A DNA stretch of 64,000 bases from Patescibacteria group bacterium (lineage in GTDB: Bacteria; Patescibacteriota; Patescibacteriia; 2-01-FULL-39-33), in assembly GCA_041645075.1 (NCBI GenBank), contig JBAZQS010000003.1:6710-70709 (forward strand), read 5' to 3'. A program made the translations under genes and the position numbers. Shown piece by piece: positions 48,525 through 56,945 of this stretch (position 1 is its first letter; each line of letters begins with the position of its first letter). Below the pieces are notes generated by a model. The model was not told the DNA's origin. It saw only the letters and a list, made by a program, of their open reading frames with translations, and did no database searches.

Positions 48525-49646
48525 ATGACAATAAATGATCTTATCCAGCTGCTTAATAATAGGTTGAGAGAATTTCAACTCTCCAGAGATTACGCCAGGA
48601 TGAGCGGCGATTTGGAAAGAATGAATGTTGCCGATAAAGAAATTCTTTCTTTAGAGGATACTTTGTATAAATTGAATTTATTGGTGGACACCTCCAAGTC
48701 CGCCGCTATTAGAGAGGTCATTCTGGCGGAAGTTATAACCGATGGTTCAGTCGCGGTTTTGGGAGAATACGATATCACTCTTTATGCTACCGACCCTTTG
48801 CACGAAAAAAAAATAATGAATATCTTGAGCAAAATGGGAGTGATGGAGACAGTGGAAAAAATTGATGCTTATATCAAGGGCAAATATTTGAGCAGTCCGG
48901 TTACCGGAGAGATGGTAATGAGCGCTGCTTCTGCTTATAGCGTAGACGCCCGGTTGATGATGGCTATAATGGAACAGGACTCGAGCTTTGCTACTGCCGG
49001 CAAAGCGGTAAGGACTCTAAATCCAGGCAATGTCGGTAATGATGACAGCGGTAATCTTCGCACATACGACTCGTGGCAAGAGGGCGTGACAGCAGTGGCG
49101 GCATGGCTTAGCAGACACCGTGGATTAACAACCATTTCCGAAATTCCTGAAGAAAATGTTCTTGAACCTACGGCCACTTCCCAGCCAGAGGCTGGTCCGC
49201 CTTTGGCGGAAACGACCTTAACAACCACTACAACCACTGCCACTGCCACCACCACACCAGCGGCCGCCACTTCAACTCCGGAAACCATACCGGTCATCAC
49301 TTCTACTACTACCACTGCCACCACCACACCAGCGGTAGCCACCTCAACTCCGGAAACCATACCGGTCATCACTTCAACCACTACCACCGCCACCACCACG
49401 CCGTTTACGACCACCTCCACTCCGGAAACCACACCGGTCATCACTTCCCAGCCAGAGGCTGGTCCGCCTTTGGCGGAAACGACTTCAACGACCACTACGA
49501 CCACCACCGCTACGACTACACCTCCCACCGCCCCAGAAGAGCCCGCACCGGCGACCGCCACTTCAACTCCGGAAACCATACCGGTCATCACTTCTACCAC
49601 TACCACGGCTACCACAACTACATCGACCGCCACTGCGACAGAATAG
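48525..49646 (+). CDS. Lysozyme-like (GH73/SLT-like) domain protein with Thr-rich repeat tail
   Basis: YSVDARLMMAIMEQDSSFATAG..NPGNV..YDSWQEGV; TSTPETIPVITSTTTTATTT repeats. Confidence 0.7.
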   Translation: MTINDLIQLLNNRLREFQLSRDYARMSGDLERMNVADKEILSLEDTLYKLNLLVDTSKSAAIREVILAEVITDGSVAVLGEYDITLYATDPLHEKKIMNILSKMGVMETVEKIDAYIKGKYLSSPVTGEMVMSAASAYSVDARLMMAIMEQDSSFATAGKAVRTLNPGNVGNDDSGNLRTYDSWQEGVTAVAAWLSRHRGLTTISEIPEENVLEPTATSQPEAGPPLAETTLTTTTTTATATTTPAAATSTPETIPVITSTTTTATTTPAVATSTPETIPVITSTTTTATTTPFTTTSTPETTPVITSQPEAGPPLAETTSTTTTTTTATTTPPTAPEEPAPATATSTPETIPVITSTTTTATTTTSTATATE

Positions 49647-49675
49647 CAAGCCGCTATAACAGCTGATTAACCACC

Positions 49676-50398
49676 TTGGAAAATTTTAAAAAAAATATAG
49701 AAAAATTTCTTCCATTTTTGGAAGATCTGCGTGAACGATTGTATCGCGGGGTAATTTTATTCGTCGTATTCTTTTTGGTCGGCTTTCTCTCTTCTGGAAT
49801 AATTCTAAAAAAAATATTAAAACTTGTTCATATCGATCAGGTGGTAATCGCCACTTCTTCACCATTTCAGTTTACCGAGATAGCGATGGATGTTGGGTTT
49901 TTCCTCGCGATTATGGTTTCTGTTCCGTACATAATTTATAGCTTTTATGTCTTCATTATACCCGCATTAACTAGAAGCGAGAAAATAAAACTTTTAAAAT
50001 CTATTCCTTTAAGCGTTGGATTATTCATTGTTGGATCTTTTTATGGGTTTTTTATTCTTTACTATGCTTTAGGATTATTAGCTTCTGTCAACATCAGTTT
50101 AGGGATCGCCAATTTTTGGAATATCGGTCAATTTTTAACAGAAATGCTTATTACCTCCGCTTTGTTGGGATTGGTCTTTGAGCTTCCTCTCCTCTTGTCT
50201 CTGCTTATAAAACTGGGGATAACTACACCCCAAACCCTCAAAAACAATAGGCGCGTCGCTTATTTTTTAACCATTTTTCTGACCGCTTTACTTCCGCCAA
50301 CCGATGGTGTATCATTAATAGCGATGGCACTGCCACTTGTGCTACTATACGAGGGGACGATATTATTAAATAATAAAAAAACAATATGTTTGGATTAG
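49676..50398 (+). CDS. tatC: Twin-arginine translocase subunit TatC
   Basis: FLEDLRERL, SPF, P.IIY....FIIPAL, GLVFELP, PPTDGVS, P...LYE; multiple TM segments; TTG start. Confidence 0.92.
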   Translation: MENFKKNIEKFLPFLEDLRERLYRGVILFVVFFLVGFLSSGIILKKILKLVHIDQVVIATSSPFQFTEIAMDVGFFLAIMVSVPYIIYSFYVFIIPALTRSEKIKLLKSIPLSVGLFIVGSFYGFFILYYALGLLASVNISLGIANFWNIGQFLTEMLITSALLGLVFELPLLLSLLIKLGITTPQTLKNNRRVAYFLTIFLTALLPPTDGVSLIAMALPLVLLYEGTILLNNKKTICLD

Positions 50399-50550
50399 GA
50401 CCTAGAGAACTAATTATTTTGGCCGTTATCCTCGTTTTGCTTTTTGGCGCAAAGAAGATTCCAGAACTTGCTCGCGGTATTGGGGAGGCTGTCAGACACA
50501 TCAGAAACGGTTTTTCTGATGACAAAGACAAAACAGATAAAAAAAGTTAA
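50386..50550 (+). CDS. tatA: TatA/E family subunit, copy 1 (54 aa)
   Basis: Not in ORF track; manual translation MFGLGPRELIILAVILVLLFGAKKIPELARGIGEAVRHIRNGFSDD... Confidence 0.93.
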   Translation: MFGLGPRELIILAVILVLLFGAKKIPELARGIGEAVRHIRNGFSDDKDKTDKKS

Positions 50551-50652
50551 ATAGCGTAACCACTGTTGTCATCTTTACCTCCACTAACCGATGGTGTATT
50601 ATTAATTAAAAAGGTTGATCTTATTAAATAATTAAATAATAAAAAATATTAT

Positions 50653-50817
50653 ATGTTTGGATTAGGACCTACAGAAATAATTATTTTTGTCGCTATCATC
50701 GTTTTGCTTTTTGGTTCAAAAAAGATCGCGGATCTTGCTCGCAGTGTCGCGGAGGCTGTTAAAATCCTCCGGGGTAGTTTTTCAGACGAAAAAGACAAAA
50801 CAGACAAAAAAAATTAA
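50653..50817 (+). CDS. tatA: TatA/E family subunit, copy 2 (54 aa)
   Basis: Manual translation MFGLGPTEIIIFVAIIVLLFGSKKIADLARSVAEAVKILRGSFSDE... Confidence 0.88.
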   Translation: MFGLGPTEIIIFVAIIVLLFGSKKIADLARSVAEAVKILRGSFSDEKDKTDKKN

Positions 50818-50909
50818 ATCGCGTAACCACTGTTGACCTCCACTAACTGATGGTGTATTTTTAATTAAAAAGGTCGATATTATTAAATAATTAAATAATA
50901 AAAAATATT

Positions 50910-51083
50910 ATGTTTGGATTAGGACCTAGGGAACTAATTATTGTGGTCGGTATCCTCGTTTTGCTTTTTGGTTCAAAAAAGATCGCGGATCTTGCTCGCA
51001 GTGTCGCGGAGGCTGTTAAAATCCTCCGGGGTAGTTTTTCAGACGAAAAAGACAAAAAAGACAAAACAGATAAAATTGCGTAA
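50910..51083 (+). CDS. tatA: TatA/E family subunit, copy 3 (57 aa)
   Basis: Manual translation MFGLGPRELIIVVGILVLLFGSKKIADLARSVAEAVKILRGSFSDE... Confidence 0.88.
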   Translation: MFGLGPRELIIVVGILVLLFGSKKIADLARSVAEAVKILRGSFSDEKDKKDKTDKIA

Positions 51084-51101
51084 TCATTTGTTAGCCGAAA
51101 T

Positions 51102-51740
51102 ATGAAAAATTGGATACGTATTTTTTTGGTATGCTTTGTTTTGATTGGTGGCACGGCGTTTTTTGCTTTTTATTCAATCAATCAATTAAATAAAGCATTT
51201 GATGATATAGAAGCTTCGTTTTTTGCAACCGTAAAAATACCACAAGTTCATTTTTCCGACAAAACAAATAAAGAGCAAATTCCAACCTCTACCCCAGAAA
51301 CTATTCCAACCTCTACCCCAGAAATCATCTCAACCTCAGCAACATCAACTGATTTGGATCTATCTTTCATTTTTCCAAAAAAAAACAATGAAGTTTACAT
51401 TGGTTGCACGTACCAACTTTCCTTTCAATCATCCACGACAATACGTTCATTGGAAATTGCTCTCCTTGATGATGGTACGAATGAAACCATTGAGCCGAGT
51501 GCAAGCGGTATAGCGAGGGAAAACAAAATAGAACCAAATTCTCAAAGTTTAGATTGGAAAGTGGGAGTAGTTTGGCCGGGTAAATATTATATCAAAGTGT
51601 CAAACATTAATGGTGTTGAATTAGAAAATTATAGTAAAACCTTTACGATAAGAAAAATGCCAAAAGGTATAAGTGTTGACGAAAGAGAAAAAATTTGCAA
51701 GGAATCGGACGGTTCATTTTATTTATTGGATAAGTTATAG
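51102..51740 (+). CDS. Membrane-anchored protein with Thr/Ser linker and Ig-like domain
   Basis: N-terminal TM; PTSTPETIPTSTPE linker; LDWKVG..WPGKYYIKV. Confidence 0.7.
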   Translation: MKNWIRIFLVCFVLIGGTAFFAFYSINQLNKAFDDIEASFFATVKIPQVHFSDKTNKEQIPTSTPETIPTSTPEIISTSATSTDLDLSFIFPKKNNEVYIGCTYQLSFQSSTTIRSLEIALLDDGTNETIEPSASGIARENKIEPNSQSLDWKVGVVWPGKYYIKVSNINGVELENYSKTFTIRKMPKGISVDEREKICKESDGSFYLLDKL

Positions 51741-52116
51741 ATTCTGATTAATTCTTTGACTGCTTTTTCATCTTCACCCTTGCTCCGCATTTGATGTTTG
51801 ACGTGAGAGCGCAAGTGATTTTCGAGAAGGAAGCTGGCGAGGCTTTAGTGGAGCGTATGATTCAATTCAGAGCCACCACGCGTTCCGCGCGTGCGATTAG
51901 TCTGAATTACTTTCAAAAAATGTTCGAACTTCGTCCAAAAAACACCGCCAGATTTCCAAGTTTGAACCTTAGTGTTTGCAACGTGTTTTGACCCCCTTGG
52001 GGGTTCAGGAGGTTCGATCTTGGCAACTTGAAGGTCTATAAGAACATCAAAGACTGGCGTCCATATAGGCGTCAGTTTTTGATTTCTGCGGAGTATTTTA
52101 TTTTCTACTTTAACTG

Positions 52117-52300
52117 TAGCCCCATGGGGAATCGAACCCCAATTTCCTCCGCCTGCCCTGTTAAATAAATTCTGTACCGCCGCGGGGAATCGAACCCCGG
52201 TTTTCTCCGTGAGAGGGAGATGTCCTAGCCGCTAGACGATGGCGGCTTAAATTTAACAGGGTGAAAGAGGGAAATGTCCTAACCATTAGACGATGAGGCC
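52117..52300 (-). tRNA. Interrupted tRNA-Glu(UUC)-like gene (halves 52300-52261 and 52150-52117); possibly a pseudogene
   Basis: Acceptor GGCCTCA/TGGGGCT+A, D-arm GTCTAATGGTTAGGAC, CTTTCAC loop, T-arm TGGGG-TTCGATT-CCCCA; 110-nt insertion after the loop; anticodon arm has 2 extra nt. Confidence 0.65.
52175..52246 (-). tRNA. tRNA-Glu(CUC), nested inside the interrupted tRNA
   Basis: GCCGCCATCGTCTAGCGGCTAGGACA-TCTCC-CTCTCAC-GGAGA-AAAC-CGGGG-TTCGATT-CCCCG-CGGCGGT-A; one A-C mismatch in acceptor stem; no encoded CCA. Confidence 0.9.
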
Positions 52301-52554
52301 AAAATGTTTAATTTATAATAATATACTTTTAATTTTTTCCTTCCAGCACATGATTTCCAGTATTTTTCTCTGATTAAAGCCGTTTCTAAATTATTAGCCC
52401 TCTCCAAAATATAACACTTAAATTTTCCAAAGTGTTTGGTTGTGTTTACCTGTCCGGCTCTATGTTCTCTAACTCTCCTACATATATTTTCAGAAAATCC
52501 GATGTAGGTATTTTTAGAATCCTCACTTATTAACCAATATATGAAATATTCCAT
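52279..52554 (-). CDS. Small GIY-YIG nuclease family protein
   Basis: YFIYWL.S...TYIGFSEN..RR..EH.AG....TK...A..REKYWKS..GR; stop codon lies in the tRNA D-loop. Confidence 0.88.
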   Translation of the reverse strand: MEYFIYWLISEDSKNTYIGFSENICRRVREHRAGQVNTTKHFGKFKCYILERANNLETALIREKYWKSCAGRKKLKVYYYKLNILASSSNG

Positions 52555-52597
52555 TTTTTTATAACAATTACCCGTTACAACTCGGAAACGAGACAAA

Positions 52598-52638
52598 CCC
52601 GCCTCGCGTCGATGAGCGAACGCGAGTCGAGGCGGGGA
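52598..52638. repeat. GCYCGCYTCG...CGARGCGRG palindrome family, non-coding copy
   Basis: CCCGCCTCG-loop-CGAGGCGGG; loop end ACGCGAGT shared with the tsf insertion at 19922-19953. Confidence 0.65.
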
Positions 52639-52707
52639 CAATTGTTATTATTCTACATTTATATTATAATAAAATCAAGAGTTAGGTTAAAAATTAATTT
52701 TAAAAAT

Positions 52708-53286
52708 ATGAATTCAATCGGGGGCATTAAATTAATAATAATTATTCTGATTATTATTGTGGTCGGCTTTTCCTTGTTTATCTGGGGCTATGCTTTTGGC
52801 TTAAAAGCCACCGGCATCGATGGTTTTGCCCAGGGCTGGGATGCGGCGCGCCAAGCCATTGAAAAAACCGGCCTGTTTCCCAATAATAAGGAACCGCTCT
52901 ATAATATTGCCGGCAAAATCACGGGCATTAATAATAATATCATTACCATAGAAGCGTCCCCGGTAGTTAATAACCCATTGGCCAAGCAAGCGCCCATTAA
53001 AAGAACGATTACGGTCGGCAATGACACGGTTTTTATAGAACAAAAGCAAAAAAGCCCCGAGGAATTTATGAAGGAACAAAACGAGTTTTTTCTAAAAAGA
53101 TTAAAAAATCTTGAAAATCAGGCCGAAAGCGCTCCTCCATTATTATATACGGAAAAAAGAATTAAATTCTCTGACTTGAAGGTTGGCGACAAAATCAATG
53201 TGGTCGCAGAAAATGATATAAAATACGCGACGCAAATCACGGCCAAGGAAGTTAGAAAAAATACCCAAGCAATATCAGGACAATAA
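52708..53286 (+). CDS. Membrane-anchored hypothetical protein (OB-fold/DUF5666-like)
   Basis: N-terminal TM; GKITGI, FSDLKVGDKINV...ITAKEV. Confidence 0.7.
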   Translation: MNSIGGIKLIIIILIIIVVGFSLFIWGYAFGLKATGIDGFAQGWDAARQAIEKTGLFPNNKEPLYNIAGKITGINNNIITIEASPVVNNPLAKQAPIKRTITVGNDTVFIEQKQKSPEEFMKEQNEFFLKRLKNLENQAESAPPLLYTEKRIKFSDLKVGDKINVVAENDIKYATQITAKEVRKNTQAISGQ

Positions 53287-53295
53287 TATAAAATA

Positions 53296-53330
53296 AAAAA
53301 ACGCCCCGACGTCACGTCGGGGCGTTTTTT
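53296..53330. terminator. Bidirectional terminator formed by CCCCGACGTCACGTCGGGG palindrome
   Basis: A-tract, hairpin, T-tract between convergent genes. Confidence 0.7.
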
Positions 53331-53371
53331 TAATTAAGCTGACTGGAAATATTCAAACGGAGGATTTTTTG

Positions 53372-54517
53372 TTAAATGTTAAGCTCATCAAGCAACGTCT
53401 TCTGTTTTTTAGAGATATTTTTCGGTATATCAATAATAATTTCTACGATCTGGTCTCCCCGACCGCGGCTATTTAATCGTGGCACGCCCTTATCGCGCAA
53501 CTTAAATTTGGTCTGGCTTTGCGTGCCTTCGGGTATTTTCAGTTTGACCGGCCCGTCAACGGTTTCAATATTTACCTTATCGCCCAAAACCGCTTGCCTA
53601 ATGGAAATATGATATTGGGATAAAATATCATCGCCTTGGCGCTTGAATTCCTTACTGGGCCGAACGCGGATAGTGATATATAAATCGCCCGCCATTCCCC
53701 CGGGCGCGGGCTCACCGAGATGACTAGAAGCGGGCTCGCCCTTACCAGATAATTTAAGGGCTTGGCGGTTGGCAATGCCGGCCGGTATTTTGACCTTGAT
53801 TCTTTCCGCGCCATAGGCCACGCCGGCGCCATTGCATTTAGCACATTTTTTTTCCTTTATTTTGCCGGCGCCGCGGCAATTGGCACAGATGGCTTGTGTT
53901 TGAAAATTGCCGAATATCGTCTGTTGTGATTTTATGGTCTGACCGCTGCCGCCGCAGGTGGGACAAGTATTTATTTTTGAGCCGGGCTCGGCGCCATTGC
54001 CTCCGCAGTGGTCGCATAATATCTTTTTTTGCAAATCAATAATTTTTTCCGCGCCGAAAACCGCTTCTTCAAAATCAACCGCCAATTCAATTTCCACATC
54101 ATCGCCTTGTTTACTTTTTCTTGTTCTGGTTTGCGCGCCGCCAAAAAAAGAGCTAAATACGTCTCCCAAGTCGCCGAAATCAAAATTTACATTATTAAAA
54201 CCGCCCGGCTGGAATCCGCCAAAAGGATTATTGCCTTGTGCCCGCGCAAAATCAGAATAATTAAAACCGCCCGCTTCGCCGCGAGGCGAGCCCGGTCCGC
54301 CGCCGGCGCCAAAAGTAGAGCCGAATTGGTCGTATTGTTTTCTTTTTTCAGGATTACTCAAGGTCTGATACGCTTCATTGGCTTCCTTAAACTTGTTGAC
54401 GTTGCCACTATCCTTATCTGGATGGTGCTGGTGAGCCAATTTATGAAAGGCCTTTTTTATTTCATCCTGATTGGCGCTTTTGGTTACACCCAATATGTCA
54501 TAAAAATCTTTTGCCAT
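53372..54517 (-). CDS. dnaJ: Chaperone DnaJ
   Basis: J domain HPD, G/F region, four CxxCxGxG repeats. Confidence 0.98.
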   Translation of the reverse strand: MAKDFYDILGVTKSANQDEIKKAFHKLAHQHHPDKDSGNVNKFKEANEAYQTLSNPEKRKQYDQFGSTFGAGGGPGSPRGEAGGFNYSDFARAQGNNPFGGFQPGGFNNVNFDFGDLGDVFSSFFGGAQTRTRKSKQGDDVEIELAVDFEEAVFGAEKIIDLQKKILCDHCGGNGAEPGSKINTCPTCGGSGQTIKSQQTIFGNFQTQAICANCRGAGKIKEKKCAKCNGAGVAYGAERIKVKIPAGIANRQALKLSGKGEPASSHLGEPAPGGMAGDLYITIRVRPSKEFKRQGDDILSQYHISIRQAVLGDKVNIETVDGPVKLKIPEGTQSQTKFKLRDKGVPRLNSRGRGDQIVEIIIDIPKNISKKQKTLLDELNI

Positions 54518-54527
54518 AATATTATAA

Positions 54528-54960
54528 TGTCATTGCGGGTAAAGTGAAACGACCTTTGTATTGTCATTACGAGGAGTGAGTGAAGCGAACGACGAAGCAA
54601 TCTTGAATGACCTCGCTAAATAGATTGCTTTGTCGACGAGTACGCCTCCTCGCAATAACATTCAAAGACCTCCCCCTGTCCTGGGCAGAGCTGAAAGCTC
54701 CTTTGGTCGCTTTCATCTACTCTCGCTTCGCTCGCTCCTGCCCGTCTGATTACAGACCCCCTTGGAAAGGGGAAGCTATCTTGCCTCCCCTTAATAAGGG
54801 GAGGCGCAAATTTGCCAGCAGGCAAATTTCAGAGGGGTTAATTAACCCCCTCCTGGCCGTTCCTGGGCAGCGCTGAATGCTCCTTATGGTCGCATTCATC
54901 GACTCTCGCTTCGCTCGCTTCTGCCCGTCGCATTAGCGACCCCCTTCGTAAGGGGGAGGA
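54528..54960. repeat. Mosaic cluster of palindromic repeats between dnaK and dnaJ
   Basis: GTCATT..GAAGCAATC/GATTGC..CTCGCAAT family, two ~70-bp TCCTGGGCAG...CTGCCCGTC copies (near 54679 and 54860), CCCCTT..AAGGGG family. Confidence 0.75.
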
Positions 54961-54969
54961 AATAATGTA

Positions 54970-56868
54970 TTACTTCTTCACCTCCTCAAACTCCCCTTCG
55001 ACCGGCTCCTTTTCCGCTCCAGTGTTTTCTTGTTTTTGTGTTTTTGTGTCTTCCGTGTTTTCTGGTTTTTGTGAATACATAGCCGCGCCGACTTTCTGAA
55101 TCGCTTCGCTTAAAATATCATAATTTTTCTTAATCAAATCCTTGTCTTCGCCCTTGTTGGCGTTTTTCAAATCTTCAACTTTATCCATAATACCCTTGCG
55201 GTCGTCGGCGGAAACTTTATCGCCCGCGTCTTTTAGGGTCTTTTCCGTGGTGAAGATTAAATTTTCCGCCTGGTTGCGCGATTCAATTAACTCTCTTTTC
55301 TTTTTATCTTCCTCGGCGTGCGCCTCGGCGTCCCGTTTCATTTTTTCCACCTCCTCTTTGGCTAAGCCGGTTGAGGCGGTAATGGTAATATGCTGTTCTT
55401 TGCTGGTGGCTTTGTCTTTGGCTTTAACGTTTAAAATTCCATTAGCGTCAATATCAAAAGTCACTTCAATTTGGGGCACGCCCCTTGGCGCCGGCGGAAT
55501 GCCATCAAGCATAAATTTACCCAAGGTTTTATTATCAGACGCCATCGGCCTTTCGCCTTGTAAAACGTGAATTTCCACGCCCGGCTGATTATCGGCCGCC
55601 GTAGAAAAGGTCTGCGATTTTGAAGTTGGGATAGTGGTGTTTCTGTCTATTAATGGCGTCATCACCTGGCCCAACGTTTCAATGCCCAAGGTCAACGGCG
55701 TCACATCAAGCAGTAATACGTCTTTAACGTCTCCCTGTAAAACACCGGCTTGAACCGCCGCGCCCAAAGCCACGACCTCGTCAGGATTAACCGAAACATT
55801 GGGTTTCTTGCCAAAAAATTCTTCCACTTTTCGCAAGACCAAGGGCATTCTGGTCATACCGCCGACCATCAGGATTTCTTCAATATCTTTAGCGCTGACG
55901 CCCGCGTCGCTTAAGGCCTTTCTTACCGGTTCAAAAGTGGCGTCCACTAAATCCGTGACCAAACCCTCAAGCTGGGCGCGGGTAAGTCGTATCATTAAAT
56001 GTTTTGGCGAACTGTCCGGGCCGACCGTAATGAACGGCTGATTGATTTCGGTTTCCATCTGCGTGGATAATTCTATCTTGGCTTTTTCCGCCGCTTCTTT
56101 TACTCTTTGCAGGGCGGTCTGGTCTTTGGCTAAATCAATGCCTTCCTGTTTTTTGAATTCGCCTAAAATCCAACTCATAACTCTTTGGTCAAAATCGTCC
56201 CCGCCCAAATGAGTGTCGCCATTGGTTGATTTTACTTCCACGGTATCGCCGCTCACATCCAAAATAGAAATATCAAAAGTGCCGCCGCCCAAATCATAGA
56301 CCGCGATTTTCTGGCCCTTTTTCTTTTCAAAACCATAAGCCAAGGCCGCGGCCGTGGGCTCATTGATAATTCTTTTGACGGTCAAGCCGGCGATTTCGCC
56401 CGCGTCTTTGGTGGCCTGCCTTTGCGAATCGTCAAAATAAGCCGGCACCGTAATCACGGCCTCGGTAATTTTTTCGCCCAGCTTGGCTTCGGCGTCTTCC
56501 TTTAATTTTTGCAATACCATGGCGGAAATTTCCTGCGGCGCGTATTCCTTGCCACCCATCACTATTTTAACTCCGCCGTTGGCTTTCTTCATCTCAAAAG
56601 ATAATAATTTCAAATCGCGCTGGACTTCCGGGTCCTCCCATTTTCGGCCAATCAGCCGTTTAATGGAAAATAAAGTATTGGCCGGATTGGTAATCGCTTG
56701 CCTTTTAGCCGCGATACCGACTAAACGTTCGCCGTTTTTGGTAATCGCCACGATGGAAGGCGTGGTTCTCGCCCCCTCTTTGTTTTCTAAAATTTTTGGC
56801 TGGCCGCCCTCCATAACCGCCATAGCGCTGTTGGTCGTGCCCAAATCAATTCCTAAAATCTTTGGCAT
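54970..56868 (-). CDS. dnaK: Chaperone DnaK
   Basis: [31 protein letters not shown]; ATG start 56868 preferred. Confidence 0.98.
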   Translation of the reverse strand: MPKILGIDLGTTNSAMAVMEGGQPKILENKEGARTTPSIVAITKNGERLVGIAAKRQAITNPANTLFSIKRLIGRKWEDPEVQRDLKLLSFEMKKANGGVKIVMGGKEYAPQEISAMVLQKLKEDAEAKLGEKITEAVITVPAYFDDSQRQATKDAGEIAGLTVKRIINEPTAAALAYGFEKKKGQKIAVYDLGGGTFDISILDVSGDTVEVKSTNGDTHLGGDDFDQRVMSWILGEFKKQEGIDLAKDQTALQRVKEAAEKAKIELSTQMETEINQPFITVGPDSSPKHLMIRLTRAQLEGLVTDLVDATFEPVRKALSDAGVSAKDIEEILMVGGMTRMPLVLRKVEEFFGKKPNVSVNPDEVVALGAAVQAGVLQGDVKDVLLLDVTPLTLGIETLGQVMTPLIDRNTTIPTSKSQTFSTAADNQPGVEIHVLQGERPMASDNKTLGKFMLDGIPPAPRGVPQIEVTFDIDANGILNVKAKDKATSKEQHITITASTGLAKEEVEKMKRDAEAHAEEDKKKRELIESRNQAENLIFTTEKTLKDAGDKVSADDRKGIMDKVEDLKNANKGEDKDLIKKNYDILSEAIQKVGAAMYSQKPENTEDTKTQKQENTGAEKEPVEGEFEEVKK

Positions 56869-56945
56869 AGTTTTATTCCTTTTATCCAAATATCTATTAT
56901 TAAAGATAGTTGGGTTTATTAATTTTTTTATTAAGCTAACTTTTT

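Noticed and set aside
48935-49633. Long antisense ORFs (e.g. Val-rich 232 aa; also 937-1305, 44036-44515, 50238-50531, 50891-51154)
   Set aside because: Shadow frames of real genes on the opposite strand, caused by biased codon use
41381-49646. Intact prophage or contractile injection system
   Set aside because: No recognisable terminase, portal, capsid, sheath, tube, tape-measure or integrase genes
40848-51083. Diversity-generating retroelement (Avd-like gene plus duplicated segments)
   Set aside because: No reverse transcriptase in the window; differences among the 129-bp repeats and tatA copies are not confined to adenines
52117-52300. Reading the outer tRNA as a UCA (UGA-decoding) tRNA, implying genetic code 25
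   Set aside because: That register puts C at position 37 and distorts the arm; the body is Glu-like; TGA ends rpmE and other genes normally and conserved genes are not interrupted by TGA
54607-54876. ORFs in the dnaK-dnaJ spacer and 33782-34000
   Set aside because: They are translations of palindromic repeats or overlap real genes
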